Below, piece after piece: positions 46,871-56,853 of a stretch of DNA of 64,000 bases. Made by a program: the position numbers and the translations under genes. This DNA is from Verrucomicrobiaceae bacterium. Lineage in GTDB: Bacteria; Verrucomicrobiota; Verrucomicrobiia; Verrucomicrobiales; Akkermansiaceae. The stretch lies in the NCBI GenBank assembly GCA_051252135.1, contig JBPOGH010000001.1:1-64000 (forward strand), given 5' to 3'. A model generated the notes under the pieces. The model was not told where the DNA came from, did not search any database, and worked only from the letters and a program-made list of their open reading frames with translations. The stretch's first letter is position 1; every line of letters begins with the position of its first letter.

Positions 46871-48796
46871 TTAGAACTTCCAGTTTTGGGTCTTGGCTGG
46901 CCCTTGGGAGCTGATGGAAATGGAGTCGATCCTGACGGTCTGTCCGGTGGCGGGGAGGTGGATACGAAGGATGCCGAGGCTGCCGGTGGCGGGGAGATCG
47001 ATGGAGAGGTCGTTCCATTTTCCGGCTTCGAGGGTGAAGGGTGTTGAGCCGATTGGTGGTTTGCCGTTGGACCAGGAGACTTTGCCGTTTCCGCCTTTGG
47101 GGGCGAGGATGCGGAGGGTGATTTTTGAGGGGCCTTTGTGTTGGGTGACGCCGATTCCGAGGAAGGGGTCGGGGGCGGTGCCTTTGATGGTGAGGATGCC
47201 GTCCTTGATGGCGGTTTGACTGTTGCGTGCTTTCCATCCCTTGAGGGTGGGATCGAAGGCGTCGTCTTTTGCGGCGCCTTTATTGGGAGTGGCGGCTTTG
47301 GGTTGGCGGACGCGGTTTTTTCCTTCGAGTTCGGGTTGGTATTTTGCAGGGTCGAATTTGGGGTTGGGGACGGGTTGGACGGCGTTGGTCGCGGTGAGGA
47401 AGTGGGTGATGAGGGCGTCGAGCTTTTGGACGACTTCGGGGTTTTGGGAGGCGAGGTTGTTCTTTTCGCCGATGTCTTCCTTGAGGTTAAAGAGGCGGTA
47501 GCGGTGGGCTCCGTCTTCGCCCTGGAAGAATTCGCGAATGAGTTTCCAGTGCTCGTGGTGGACGGAGATGGAGGGTGGGATCCAGTCGGGGACGGGAGGG
47601 TCGTGAGGGAAGTAAGTGAAGATGGCTTCGCGGGAGAAGGGTTCGCCACGGAGGGCGGGAGCGAGGCTGACGCCATCGAATTCCTGACCTTCTTCTTTTT
47701 TGAGGGGAAGGAGGTCGAGGAAGGTGGGGAAGAAGTCGGTGGACTGGACGAGGGCGTCGCTGCGGGTCTCGGGCTGAATGTGACCGGGCCAGGCGACGAT
47801 CATGGGGACGCGGACGCCGCCTTCGAACATGGAGGCTTTTCCTCCGCGAAGAGGGAAGTTGCTGGTGGGGGTGGTGCCATCGACTTCGTTGTACATGTTT
47901 CCTCCGTTATCGGAGAAGAAGACGATGATGGTGTTGTCGGTGAGTTTGAGTCGGTCGAGGGCGTCGATGAGGGTGCCGATGGCGTCATCCATGGCTTCGA
48001 CCATGGCGGCGTAGGTGGGGCTGCGCTGGGGGTCGTTGGGGTCGATGAGGGGCCGGTATTTTTCGATGACTTCTTCTTTGGCATCGAAAGGGGCGTGGAC
48101 GGAGAACATCCAGTAGTTGAGGAGGAAGGGTTTGTCCTTGTTCTTCTCCATGAAGGCGACGGCTTCTTCGGCCATGCGGTCCTCGATGTGCTCCTTGGGG
48201 TGGTTGGGATCGAAGTCGGGGTAGCGCCAGGGGGCGACGAAATTTCCGGCGGGTCCGGGGCCGTGCCAGTGGGGGATGTCAATGTCGAAGCCGTTTTTGA
48301 GAGGCGAGTGGGGTTCGGCGCCGAGGTGCCATTTGCCGAAGTGGGCGGTGGCGTAGCCCGCGTCCTTGAAGGACTCGCCGAGGGTGTAATACCTGGTGTC
48401 GAGTCGGTTGACGGGATTGGGTTGGATGGCTTTGTTTTTGGGGGCTGAAGTGGTGCCCTCGGTTGCGGTGAGAATGGGCGTTCCGATGTGGCAGTTCGGC
48501 GTGGTGAGTCCGGTGCGGGCGGGATTGAGCCCGGTGAGGATACTGGAGCGGGTGGGCGAGCAGAGGGGGCTGGCGGAGTAGGCGCGGGTGAAGGTCATGC
48601 CGCGCTTGGCGAGCCGCTCGATGTTGGGAGTCCGGTAGAGTTTGGTGTGGCCGTAGAGGGTGGTGTCGGCCCAGCCGAGGTCATCTGCGAGGATGAAGAC
48701 GACGTTGGGCGTGGAGGAACTTTGAGCAGCGAACAGTGAAGATGAACTCTGAAGGAAGAGGGCGAAGAGGAGATTTGAGATTTGAGATCTGAACAT
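46871..48796 (-). CDS. Sulfatase with C-terminal beta-sandwich
   Basis: [30 protein letters not shown]. Confidence 0.92.
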   Translation of the reverse strand: MFRSQISNLLFALFLQSSSSLFAAQSSSTPNVVFILADDLGWADTTLYGHTKLYRTPNIERLAKRGMTFTRAYSASPLCSPTRSSILTGLNPARTGLTTPNCHIGTPILTATEGTTSAPKNKAIQPNPVNRLDTRYYTLGESFKDAGYATAHFGKWHLGAEPHSPLKNGFDIDIPHWHGPGPAGNFVAPWRYPDFDPNHPKEHIEDRMAEEAVAFMEKNKDKPFLLNYWMFSVHAPFDAKEEVIEKYRPLIDPNDPQRSPTYAAMVEAMDDAIGTLIDALDRLKLTDNTIIVFFSDNGGNMYNEVDGTTPTSNFPLRGGKASMFEGGVRVPMIVAWPGHIQPETRSDALVQSTDFFPTFLDLLPLKKEEGQEFDGVSLAPALRGEPFSREAIFTYFPHDPPVPDWIPPSISVHHEHWKLIREFFQGEDGAHRYRLFNLKEDIGEKNNLASQNPEVVQKLDALITHFLTATNAVQPVPNPKFDPAKYQPELEGKNRVRQPKAATPNKGAAKDDAFDPTLKGWKARNSQTAIKDGILTIKGTAPDPFLGIGVTQHKGPSKITLRILAPKGGNGKVSWSNGKPPIGSTPFTLEAGKWNDLSIDLPATGSLGILRIHLPATGQTVRIDSISISSQGPAKTQNWKF

Positions 48797-48810
48797 GAGA
48801 TTTGAGAGGG
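48717..48810. repeat. Copy of the 57-bp repeat core plus GAGATTT heptamers overlapping the sulfatase start
   Basis: GAACTTTGAGCAGCGAACAGTGAAGATGAACTCTGAAGG at 48717-48755; GAGATTT GAGATTT GAGATCT GAACAT GAGATTT at about 48770-48803. Confidence 0.8.
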
Positions 48811-48869
48811 CTTTGGTTGTGGGAGGAGGCTCACGCAGAGACGCGGAGTTTTTTTTGGCGGACTAGAGG

Positions 48870-50642
48870 TTAGTTTTTGCCGGGAGTCCAGGTGATGGTG
48901 TTGGTGGCGTCCTTGAGAGTGATGGTGCCGATTTGGACGGGGTGGTTGGGGAGGAGAAGGCGCAGGTGAACGGTCGTTGATTTGGCGGGAACTTCAAGAG
49001 TGAGAGTTTGCCATTCCGTGGAGGCGGCGAGTTGGGTGGTGGTTTCTTTACCGGAGAAGAAATCCTTTTGTTCACTGGTGCGCCAGGAGATGCCGAGGGG
49101 GCCGCCCTGAGAGGCGCGGATGTTGACGGTAGCGGTGAAAGGGCCGTTGAGGTTGAGTTGATTTTTGACGAGGAAAGGGGCTTGTTTGGAGGCGGGGAGG
49201 GGGGTGATGTGGAGGGATCCGTCCTTCAGTTCGTGGGAGCCATTTCGGATCGTGGCGTTGGATTGGGGGTGTGCTTTTTCCTTTTTGGCGGTTGGTTTCG
49301 GGACGTCTTTGCCATCGAGGTAGAAGTCGAAATATCGGTCCCAAGTGGCGGACATTTTACCGGAGGGGAGTCCGGCGGGGGTGAGGTCGGAAGACCAGGT
49401 GGAGAGTTGGGTGTGGAGGCGTTCGACGATGTCCGGGTGCTTGTCGAAGAGGTTGTTTGACTCGCCGGGGTCGGTGTCGAGGTCGAAGAGATATTGGCGA
49501 TCACCACCGCGGAGGAGTTTCCATTTTCCATCACGGATGGCGGCCTGGTCGATCCAGCGCCAGAAGAGGGTGCGCTCGGGGAGGGTGTTTGCTTTGAGAT
49601 GAGGGATGAGGTTGAGGCCATCGAATCCGGAGTGGTCGGCACCGGCGAGATGGGCGGTGGTGGCGGTGGCATCGAGAGCGATGATGGGCTGGTGGTAGAC
49701 GGTGTTGGCGGGAAGGGTGCCGGGCCAGGAAATGAGGAAGGGAACGCGGATGCCGCCTTCGGCAAGCATGCCCTTTTCGCCATTCATGGGTTTGTTGAGA
49801 GAGCCATCCCAGCCGGGGCCTCCGCCGGGGGCGTCGATCTTGTGGATCTTGAGTGGGGCTCCGTTATCGCCGATGTAAAAGATGAGGGTTTTTTCGGTGA
49901 GGTTATGTGCTTTCAGTTCGGCGACGATGGCACCGACTCCGTCATCCATGGCGGAGATCATGGCGAGGGCCTGGCGGCGGCGCTGGGGCATTTCGCCGGG
50001 GAAGCGGTCGAGGTATTTTTTGGGAGCGTCGAGGGGGACGTGGGGGGCACGGTAGGCGAGGTAGATGAAGAAGGGGTCGTCCTTGTGCTTGCGGATGAGG
50101 GTGCGGGCCATGTCCGAGCAGTCATCGAGGTGGTAGCTGGTTTGAGGGAGATTGCGGACGGGGATTTTGTTTCCTTCGCGGTCGACGTTTGCGGGACACG
50201 GTGCGTCGCGGTTTTTGTTGTAGAAGTAATCGAAGCCGTGTTGGTCGATGGCGTTGCCGGGGCCGAGGTGCCACTTGCCGATTTGGGCGGTGGTGTAGCC
50301 GACTTTTTTGAGGCGTTCGGCGATGGTGAGTTCGGCATCGAAGCCGGAAAGGTCTTTGCCATTTGCTTCGACGTTGAAGCGATTTTGGTAACGTCCGGCG
50401 AGGAGTCCGGCACGGGAGGGGATGCACTGGGGGGCGGAGGAGTAGCCGTTGGTGGCGCGGATGCCGGAGGCGGCGAGGGCGTCGAGGTGCGGGGTTTTGA
50501 GATCGTGGTAGATGCCGGCGGGGCCGATGTCAGGCCAGCCGTGGTCATCAGTGTAGATGAGGATGATGTTTGGCTTCTCCTCTTCGGATCCGCATAGCTG
50601 GGAGGTGAGGAGAGCGGCGAATGCGAGAGAGAAGAATTTCAT
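48870..50642 (-). CDS. Sulfatase with C-terminal beta-sandwich
   Basis: Start MKFFSLAFAALL; PNIILIYTDDHG, CIPSRAGLLAGR, GKWHLG. Confidence 0.92.
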   Translation of the reverse strand: MKFFSLAFAALLTSQLCGSEEEKPNIILIYTDDHGWPDIGPAGIYHDLKTPHLDALAASGIRATNGYSSAPQCIPSRAGLLAGRYQNRFNVEANGKDLSGFDAELTIAERLKKVGYTTAQIGKWHLGPGNAIDQHGFDYFYNKNRDAPCPANVDREGNKIPVRNLPQTSYHLDDCSDMARTLIRKHKDDPFFIYLAYRAPHVPLDAPKKYLDRFPGEMPQRRRQALAMISAMDDGVGAIVAELKAHNLTEKTLIFYIGDNGAPLKIHKIDAPGGGPGWDGSLNKPMNGEKGMLAEGGIRVPFLISWPGTLPANTVYHQPIIALDATATTAHLAGADHSGFDGLNLIPHLKANTLPERTLFWRWIDQAAIRDGKWKLLRGGDRQYLFDLDTDPGESNNLFDKHPDIVERLHTQLSTWSSDLTPAGLPSGKMSATWDRYFDFYLDGKDVPKPTAKKEKAHPQSNATIRNGSHELKDGSLHITPLPASKQAPFLVKNQLNLNGPFTATVNIRASQGGPLGISWRTSEQKDFFSGKETTTQLAASTEWQTLTLEVPAKSTTVHLRLLLPNHPVQIGTITLKDATNTITWTPGKN

Positions 50643-50703
50643 GGGAGAGGGAGCTCTTGGGGCTGGGTGAAAATATACCTTAACTGGAGAGGGATCTATC
50701 AAG

Positions 50704-50717
50704 AAGAAACGTTTCTT
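50704..50717. promoter_or_regulatory. Candidate LacI-family operator
   Basis: Perfect palindrome AAGAAACGTTTCTT about 60 nt upstream of the sulfatase start at 50642. Confidence 0.7.
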
Positions 50718-50740
50718 TTTCCGGTATCAAAGAAGGTGAG

Positions 50741-50770
50741 AAAAAACCCCGGACCGTGGGACCGGGTTTT
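50741..50770 (-). terminator. Rho-independent terminator after the rhamnosidase-sulfatase operon
   Basis: Minus strand AAAACCCGGTCCCACGGTCCGGGGTTTTTT, imperfect GC stem with T-run. Confidence 0.7.
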
Positions 50771-50915
50771 GAGATTTTCTATCGATCAGAGGGGCCTAGC
50801 AGCGTCTCCGAAGCATCGCCGAAGGGATCGGTGACGAAGGTGAAGTCAGCGTCGCCATTTCCGAAGGTGCGGGTGGCCTCGTCGTCGAGATTGCCGGTGG
50901 ATTCGAAGTCGAAGA

Positions 50916-53765
50916 TCATTGTGCCGGGGCGGAGGTTTCGACGCGGAAGTCATCGAAGATGGAGCTGCCGGAGGACCAGGTGGTGAGGCCGAAGCGGCTG
51001 TTGAGGGGGATGTTGGTGCCGAGATCGAAGGCGAGGTTCTCGTAGTAGAGGACGCCGGCGGGAGTGAAGATGCGGAGGTCAACGAGGGAGGAGCCTTGAG
51101 TGCCGGAGATCTGGAGGGTGTAGAGGTCTCCGTTGGCGGAGTAGTCGGCGAGGGAGTTTTCGGCGATGAGGGTGGAGGAGGCGGAACCTTGGGTGACGCG
51201 GACGAGGCGGACGTCCTTTCCGGTGCCGCCGGGGGTGCTGCGGCCATCGGCGAGCATGAACTGCCAGAAGGAAGAGCTGCCACCATCAGGAACGATGCCG
51301 AAGGCGAGACCGGAGGCGACGCCGTTTCCATTGAAGCCGGTTTTTACGGAGGCGGTGAAGGAGGTTTCCGAATCGAGAGAGATGAGATCGTAGGAGCCGA
51401 GAGTGAGTGGGCCAGCGGGGGCGGAGGCCTGATCGCTGGCGAAGGTGAAGTCAGCTCCGCCATTTCCGGCGATGGCGAGAGTCCAGTCGGGGTCGGCGTT
51501 GAGGGCGCGGGATTTGCCATCGAAGGAATCGGTGGGGGTGCCGGTGGGTGGGGAGACAGGGGAGTGGTATTGCTGGGTGCGGCGGGAAAGTTCCGAGGGG
51601 TCGGAGTTGTAATCCTCGGTGAGGGTGCGCCATTCGCTGAGTTCGTGGCGGAGGTTGGCGATGATGGGGGCGAGAGAGGGATCGTTGATGAGATTGTTGG
51701 TGCACCAGAGGTCGGCATCGAGATCGAAGAGCTCTTCATCGGGGAGGGGGTCGCCGCTGGAGTTTTTTCCGGTGACGGATTGGAGAAGGAGTTCGCGGCC
51801 GAGGGTTCCCGTGGCGGCGAGGGTGGCATCGTAGGTGCGGTTGAACCAGGGAGAGCCGCCCTGATATTGGTCGGTATTGAGGGCGAGGGCGGGGTTGGCA
51901 AGGGTGCCGGAGGGTTTGGAGATGTTACGAACGTAGTAGTAGCGGCCATCGGTGACGGCTCGGGCATCGTAGTAGCGATGGCAGGCGGTGAGCATGGTAT
52001 CGCGATCCGGGATGTCATTTTGAGTGCCTTCGAAGATGGGGCGAAGGGATTTGCCGAGGTGGCCCGGGAGCCGGGGCATTCCGATGTAGTCGGTGAGCGT
52101 TGGGGCGATGTCGAGATGGCTGACGGGTTCGGTGATGCGGCGGTTTCCGCTGACTCCGGGGCCTGCGACGAGTAGTGGAATCTGGAGTCCGGTGGAGTAG
52201 ATCGACTGCTTGGCGCGGTGGAGGCCAATGCCATGATCGGAAGTGAAAATGATGAGTGTTTCGCCATCGATGCCGCGATTTGCGAGGGTGTCGACGCAGG
52301 CCTGGACGATGCCGTCGATGACCTTAATGGAACCGAGGTAGTCGGCGATATCCTGACGAACACCGGGGACGTCGGGGTAGCAGTTCGGGACGTCGATGGC
52401 GTTGGCGTCGATATTGGTGACTCCGCCATCGCCGGTGAGGCCTCCCGATGGATCCCAGACGCCGTTGGCATTGGGAACGGCTTTGAAGGGGAGGTGGGGA
52501 GAGCCGACATTTGCCCAGAAGAAGAAGGGGCGGTTGCCGGCCCGGGTGATGACATCGTTCATCGCGGTGGTGGCAGCGGCGGGTGTTCCCAGGTTGGGGT
52601 GTCCTTCGTGGTAGGGGAATTTGCGGACGGGCTGGACGTGCGACTTGGAGGAGACCGCGGTGTACCAACCGCGATCGCGGAGGACCTCGATGAGAGTGGG
52701 AAGATCCTCATGGACGCCACCGAGGGTGGTGTTGGAGGGGTCAGAACCGGAGGGGAGCGGGAAGTCGACTCCGTAGTTGAAGACATTCCGGTGGGCGCTG
52801 TTGGTGTGGGGGAAGGTGCCGGTGTAGAGGGCCATCTTGGATGGCGAGCAAACGGGGGAGAGGCAGAAGGCGCGATCGAAGACGACGCCTCCGGTGCCGA
52901 GGGCATCGATGTGCGGGGTGTCGAGCCCGCGGGTGGTGTTGTCCTCCGGGTTGGGGCTGTCACCGGTGAAGCCTCCGACGGGGTTGGAGTCGTAGAGGCC
53001 GAGGTGGAGGCTTTGGTCCTCGGTGATGAAGAAGAGGATGTTTTTTACGGGGATGACGGGTGAGGTGCCGAGAGAGAATTCCTGTCCGTCGGTGACGGTG
53101 TCGCCATCGAAATCGGTGGTGCGAGAAATGTGGGTCAGGTTGGTGAAGGCGTCGGTATCGCTGTGATTGAGGCACCATTGTTCGAAGTGGTCGGGGATGG
53201 TGTCGCCATCCGAATCGACCGAGGTGAGTGGGTCGGTGCCCTGGAGGAACTCGATGTCGTCGGCGACCTTATCTCCGTCGGTATCCCACTTGAGAGGGTC
53301 GGTTCCGAGGAGGGCTTCCTCTTTGTTGGTGAGTGAGTCGGTGTCGGAATTGAGGGCTTCGTGACGGATGCGTCGGACGAAGTTTTTTCCGGCATCAAAA
53401 GGGATGGTGACGGTGGTGTCCGAGCCATCAGAAAGGACGGGGGCGGACTGGCGGGTCCAGTTGAGGAGGTCCGGAGACGTCTGGGTGAGGTCACGCATCC
53501 AAGGCTCACCGGGGAAGGTGATGTCAGTGGAGTTGGTTTGGCGGTCGACGTTGGCTTTGAATGAAGAGTTGGCGTCGTTGGGATCGGTGAAGGCGCGTCC
53601 TTCGTCGTGGTTCAGGCAGCCGTCGGCATCGAAGTCATCGAATGGCGCGGCGGCTGCCGAAGGGTGGAGGGATTCCCAAACATCGCTGATGCCGTTGTTG
53701 TTCTGATCGAGGGCGGAGGCCGGTGCGATGATAAGGACCGCGAGGGATGGAAAGAGGCGGGACAT
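50916..53765 (-). CDS. Secreted sulfatase with N-terminal Asp-rich (TSP3-like) repeats and C-terminal beta domain
   Basis: DTDGDKVAD / DSDGDTIPD repeats; NILFFITED; atypical CSPSKMALYTG; FTSDHG. Confidence 0.88.
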   Translation of the reverse strand: MSRLFPSLAVLIIAPASALDQNNNGISDVWESLHPSAAAAPFDDFDADGCLNHDEGRAFTDPNDANSSFKANVDRQTNSTDITFPGEPWMRDLTQTSPDLLNWTRQSAPVLSDGSDTTVTIPFDAGKNFVRRIRHEALNSDTDSLTNKEEALLGTDPLKWDTDGDKVADDIEFLQGTDPLTSVDSDGDTIPDHFEQWCLNHSDTDAFTNLTHISRTTDFDGDTVTDGQEFSLGTSPVIPVKNILFFITEDQSLHLGLYDSNPVGGFTGDSPNPEDNTTRGLDTPHIDALGTGGVVFDRAFCLSPVCSPSKMALYTGTFPHTNSAHRNVFNYGVDFPLPSGSDPSNTTLGGVHEDLPTLIEVLRDRGWYTAVSSKSHVQPVRKFPYHEGHPNLGTPAAATTAMNDVITRAGNRPFFFWANVGSPHLPFKAVPNANGVWDPSGGLTGDGGVTNIDANAIDVPNCYPDVPGVRQDIADYLGSIKVIDGIVQACVDTLANRGIDGETLIIFTSDHGIGLHRAKQSIYSTGLQIPLLVAGPGVSGNRRITEPVSHLDIAPTLTDYIGMPRLPGHLGKSLRPIFEGTQNDIPDRDTMLTACHRYYDARAVTDGRYYYVRNISKPSGTLANPALALNTDQYQGGSPWFNRTYDATLAATGTLGRELLLQSVTGKNSSGDPLPDEELFDLDADLWCTNNLINDPSLAPIIANLRHELSEWRTLTEDYNSDPSELSRRTQQYHSPVSPPTGTPTDSFDGKSRALNADPDWTLAIAGNGGADFTFASDQASAPAGPLTLGSYDLISLDSETSFTASVKTGFNGNGVASGLAFGIVPDGGSSSFWQFMLADGRSTPGGTGKDVRLVRVTQGSASSTLIAENSLADYSANGDLYTLQISGTQGSSLVDLRIFTPAGVLYYENLAFDLGTNIPLNSRFGLTTWSSGSSIFDDFRVETSAPAQ

Positions 53766-53774
53766 GAGGAGGGG

Positions 53775-56561
53775 CTAGTTTTTCACGGTAAAGGCATGGC
53801 TCCCCGAAGTGAGTTGGTGGGTCTGGTTTTCGGGGGTCTTGTTGGTGAAGGGAGACTTGGTTGGGAGGATGAGGGTGGCGGTGGTGTTGGGAGGGATGGT
53901 GGCCTCGTAGAGGAGGGAGCCGTCGTCCTGTTTTTTCCAATGAATGGAGATGCGCCCCTGGGGTGAGTCGTGATGAGCTTTGACCCAGGAAATGGTGTTG
54001 GGGTCGGCTTTGTAAGCATCCGGGCTGGGGAAGTGCGGGTGGAGTTTGATGGTGGAGTAGCCGGGGGAGTCGGGCTCGATCCCGGCGAGGGTGGACATCA
54101 TCCATCCGGTGACGGCACCGAAGGCGTAGTGGGAGAAGGAGTTCATGGCGGCGTTCAGTGTGCCGTCGGCTCCGCCGAAGCCGTATTCCTCGGTGTAGGA
54201 ATTCCAGCGTTCCCAGATGGTGGTGGCTCCGTTCTTTACCTCGTATCCCCATGATGGGTAGAGGCGAGACTGGATGAGTTTCATTGCGGCGTCGTGTTGA
54301 CCGGTGGCGGTGAGCATGGGGAGGAGAGGCTTGGTGCCGAGGAAGCCGGTGGTCATGCCGGTGTTTTTTTCATTAGCTCCTTTGGCGAGGAGTCCGGCTA
54401 GGATGGAGCCTGTTTTCTTGCGCTCGGCAGGGTCGGTGAGGATTCCGCAATCGAGAGCAAGGACGTAGGAGGTCTGGGAGGTGAGCTTGAGGGTGCCGTC
54501 ATTGTTCAGGTAGGTCTTGCGGAAGTTTTGGCGAAGGGTGTTGGCCCAATCGCGGTAGTGGTCGGCTTCGGTATTGAGTCCCTGGGCGGCCGCCATTTCC
54601 GCCATTTGTTCCGAGATGAGGGTGAAGTAGCAGAGGTCGATGTATTCGTGCGGGGTGGGGTCGTCGAGATTGAGCCAGTCGCCCCAAGGTGCTCCGAACG
54701 CGGTGCCTTGGAGCTTGGGGTCATTCTTGTGGCGGGCGTTCATGAAGCGGGTCATGGCGGGCCAGTGCTTGGTGAAGAAGTCGGTGTCGCCGGTGGCCTT
54801 CCAAATGGCATGGGGGACGATGACTCCGGCATCGGACCAGGCGGTGGCGTGGATGGCACCGCCGTGTCCGAAGGGATAGGGGGCGTAGGAGGGGTAGTAG
54901 CCCTCGGGGGTCATGGAGTCTTCGAGTTCGCGGAGCCATTTCTTGAAGAAGGCGGCGACATCGGCGTGGTAGGCGGCGGTGGCGGCGTAGATTTGAGCGT
55001 CGCCGGTCCAGCCCATGCGCTCGTCACGCTGCGGGCAATCGGTGGGGAGGTCGATCCAGTTGCCGCGTTGGGTCCAGACGGCGTTGAGGAAGATTTTGTT
55101 CACGACGGGATCGGATGATTCAAAGCCGGAGGCGAGGGGAGTGTCCGAGTGGAGAACGAGTCCGGTGATCATGGAGAGATCGGGTTTTTCGGAGATTCCT
55201 CGTACTTCGACGAACTGGAATCCGTGGAAGGTGAAGCGAGGGGTCCATGTTTCGCCGTTGGGGTCACCTTTGAGAATGTAGGTGTCGGTTGAACGGGCAG
55301 CACGGAGGTTCTCGGTCATGAGGCGTCCGTCGGGGTGGAGCATTTCGCCGAAGCGGAGAGTGATTTTCTGTCCGGCTTCGCCTTTGACCTTCAGACGGAT
55401 GTTGCCGGCGATGTTTTGGCCGAGGTCGAAGATGTAGACGCCGGGGGCGTGCTCGGTGACGGACTTGGCGGAGAGTTCCTCGATGATACGGACAGGTTGG
55501 GCGGGGTAGGCTTCGAGGACGGGAGGTTTGACGAAGCCGAACTCGCGTTCTTCCTTCACGAAGCGGTCGATGAAGATGGCTTTGGTGGAGCCGTTGTCCT
55601 TGGCCAGAATGGCGGGCTCCCAAGCGGAGTCATCGTATCCGGGAGTGGACCAGCCGGCGAGTTCCTTGCGGGCATCGTAGGCTTCGCCCATGAGGAAATC
55701 GGCTTCGAACTCGGGGCCGGTGGTGACTTTCCAAGTGGGGTTGGTGCTGATCTTATCAGTCGTGCCATCTTCGAAGGTGAAATGGATTTCCACCATGAGG
55801 GCGGGGGTTTTACCGTAGGTGTTTCGTCCGGTTTTGTGGGGGCCATAGCCGACGAATTTTCCGTAGGCGATGTATCCGGCATACCAGCCGTCTGCGACGA
55901 TGGCTCCGAGGGCATTTTTTCCTTCCTTGAGTTGGTCGGTGATATCGTAGGTGTTGTAGTAGGCGCGCTTTGCGTAGTTGGTCCAGCCGGGGGCAAAGTA
56001 GGTGTCGCCGACTTTCTTGCCATTAAGCTCGAGCTCGTAGATGCCGAGAGCGGAGGCGTAGGCGACGGCGCGCTTAATTTTTTTACGATTTTTGAAGGTG
56101 GTGCGGTAGTAGCGGGCGGAGGGGAGGTAGAGCTCGTTGCGGTTGTCGTGGAGTTTCGAGGTGTCCTTGAAGGAGATCCAATGGGCGGTAGGCTTGGCGT
56201 TGATGAAGGAGGTGGTGAAGGTCTGGGTCGCGGACCACTCGGAGGGCTGGTCGTTTTGGTCCCAAGTGCGGGCCTTCCAGGAAATGAGAGAGTTGGAAGG
56301 GACGGAGTCGCCAGGGTAGACGACGAAACTTTTGTTAGAGGCGACTTTTTCCGAATCCCAGAAAATGGAGTCATCGGCGTAGGCGATGATTTGGTAAGCG
56401 GATTGTGAGGCTCCTTGCTCATCGGTAGCCATGGCCCAGGAGAAGCGGGGCTGGGCGTCGTCGAGGCCGACGGGGTTGACGCGGTGTTCAACCTGGAGAT
56501 TGGTGACTTGGTGTGCGTGGAGGGAGGACGCGAGGATGGCGGAGAGGAACAGGGATTTCAT
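53775..56561 (-). CDS. Alpha-L-rhamnosidase, GH78
   Basis: Start MKSLFLSAIL; PRFSW, DLGQNIAG, PRFTFHGFQFVE, PTDCPQRDERMGWTGD, GATTIWERW, MNSFSHYAFG. Confidence 0.95.
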   Translation of the reverse strand: MKSLFLSAILASSLHAHQVTNLQVEHRVNPVGLDDAQPRFSWAMATDEQGASQSAYQIIAYADDSIFWDSEKVASNKSFVVYPGDSVPSNSLISWKARTWDQNDQPSEWSATQTFTTSFINAKPTAHWISFKDTSKLHDNRNELYLPSARYYRTTFKNRKKIKRAVAYASALGIYELELNGKKVGDTYFAPGWTNYAKRAYYNTYDITDQLKEGKNALGAIVADGWYAGYIAYGKFVGYGPHKTGRNTYGKTPALMVEIHFTFEDGTTDKISTNPTWKVTTGPEFEADFLMGEAYDARKELAGWSTPGYDDSAWEPAILAKDNGSTKAIFIDRFVKEEREFGFVKPPVLEAYPAQPVRIIEELSAKSVTEHAPGVYIFDLGQNIAGNIRLKVKGEAGQKITLRFGEMLHPDGRLMTENLRAARSTDTYILKGDPNGETWTPRFTFHGFQFVEVRGISEKPDLSMITGLVLHSDTPLASGFESSDPVVNKIFLNAVWTQRGNWIDLPTDCPQRDERMGWTGDAQIYAATAAYHADVAAFFKKWLRELEDSMTPEGYYPSYAPYPFGHGGAIHATAWSDAGVIVPHAIWKATGDTDFFTKHWPAMTRFMNARHKNDPKLQGTAFGAPWGDWLNLDDPTPHEYIDLCYFTLISEQMAEMAAAQGLNTEADHYRDWANTLRQNFRKTYLNNDGTLKLTSQTSYVLALDCGILTDPAERKKTGSILAGLLAKGANEKNTGMTTGFLGTKPLLPMLTATGQHDAAMKLIQSRLYPSWGYEVKNGATTIWERWNSYTEEYGFGGADGTLNAAMNSFSHYAFGAVTGWMMSTLAGIEPDSPGYSTIKLHPHFPSPDAYKADPNTISWVKAHHDSPQGRISIHWKKQDDGSLLYEATIPPNTTATLILPTKSPFTNKTPENQTHQLTSGSHAFTVKN

Positions 56562-56634
56562 AGGAAACGATGAAAGTAGGTGGGGATAAGGAAGCACACC
56601 CAAGATGGGTGTGCTTGAGAAAGACCGGGATGGA

Positions 56635-56835
56635 TTAAATTTGGTCTTGGGTGGAGGTATCGAGTTCCTCCTTTTGGAAGGCGAGCCACGGGGTGGCTGC
56701 GACATACCAAACGACCATTCCAATCGCCATCATGGTGAAGGTTGATTTCTCCGAGAGGTCGGAGAGGAGATGGAGGAGTGGCGGGATGATGGTGAGTGCG
56801 AGACCCAGAAGAGCGATAATCGGTAAGAATTTCAT
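56635..56835 (-). CDS. Small two-helix membrane protein downstream of the permease
   Basis: 66 aa, two hydrophobic segments, 18 nt after the permease stop. Confidence 0.7.
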   Translation of the reverse strand: MKFLPIIALLGLALTIIPPLLHLLSDLSEKSTFTMMAIGMVVWYVAATPWLAFQKEELDTSTQDQI

Positions 56836-56853
56836 GACGATATGAGGTGGAGG

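Noticed and set aside
388..56408. Long plus-strand ORFs antisense to real genes (e.g. 892-1989, 4420-5973, 21831-23447, 28954-30516, 47138-48448, 50919-52175)
   Set aside because: Shadow frames caused by codon bias; V/G/E/D-rich with no motifs and fully overlapping well-supported genes
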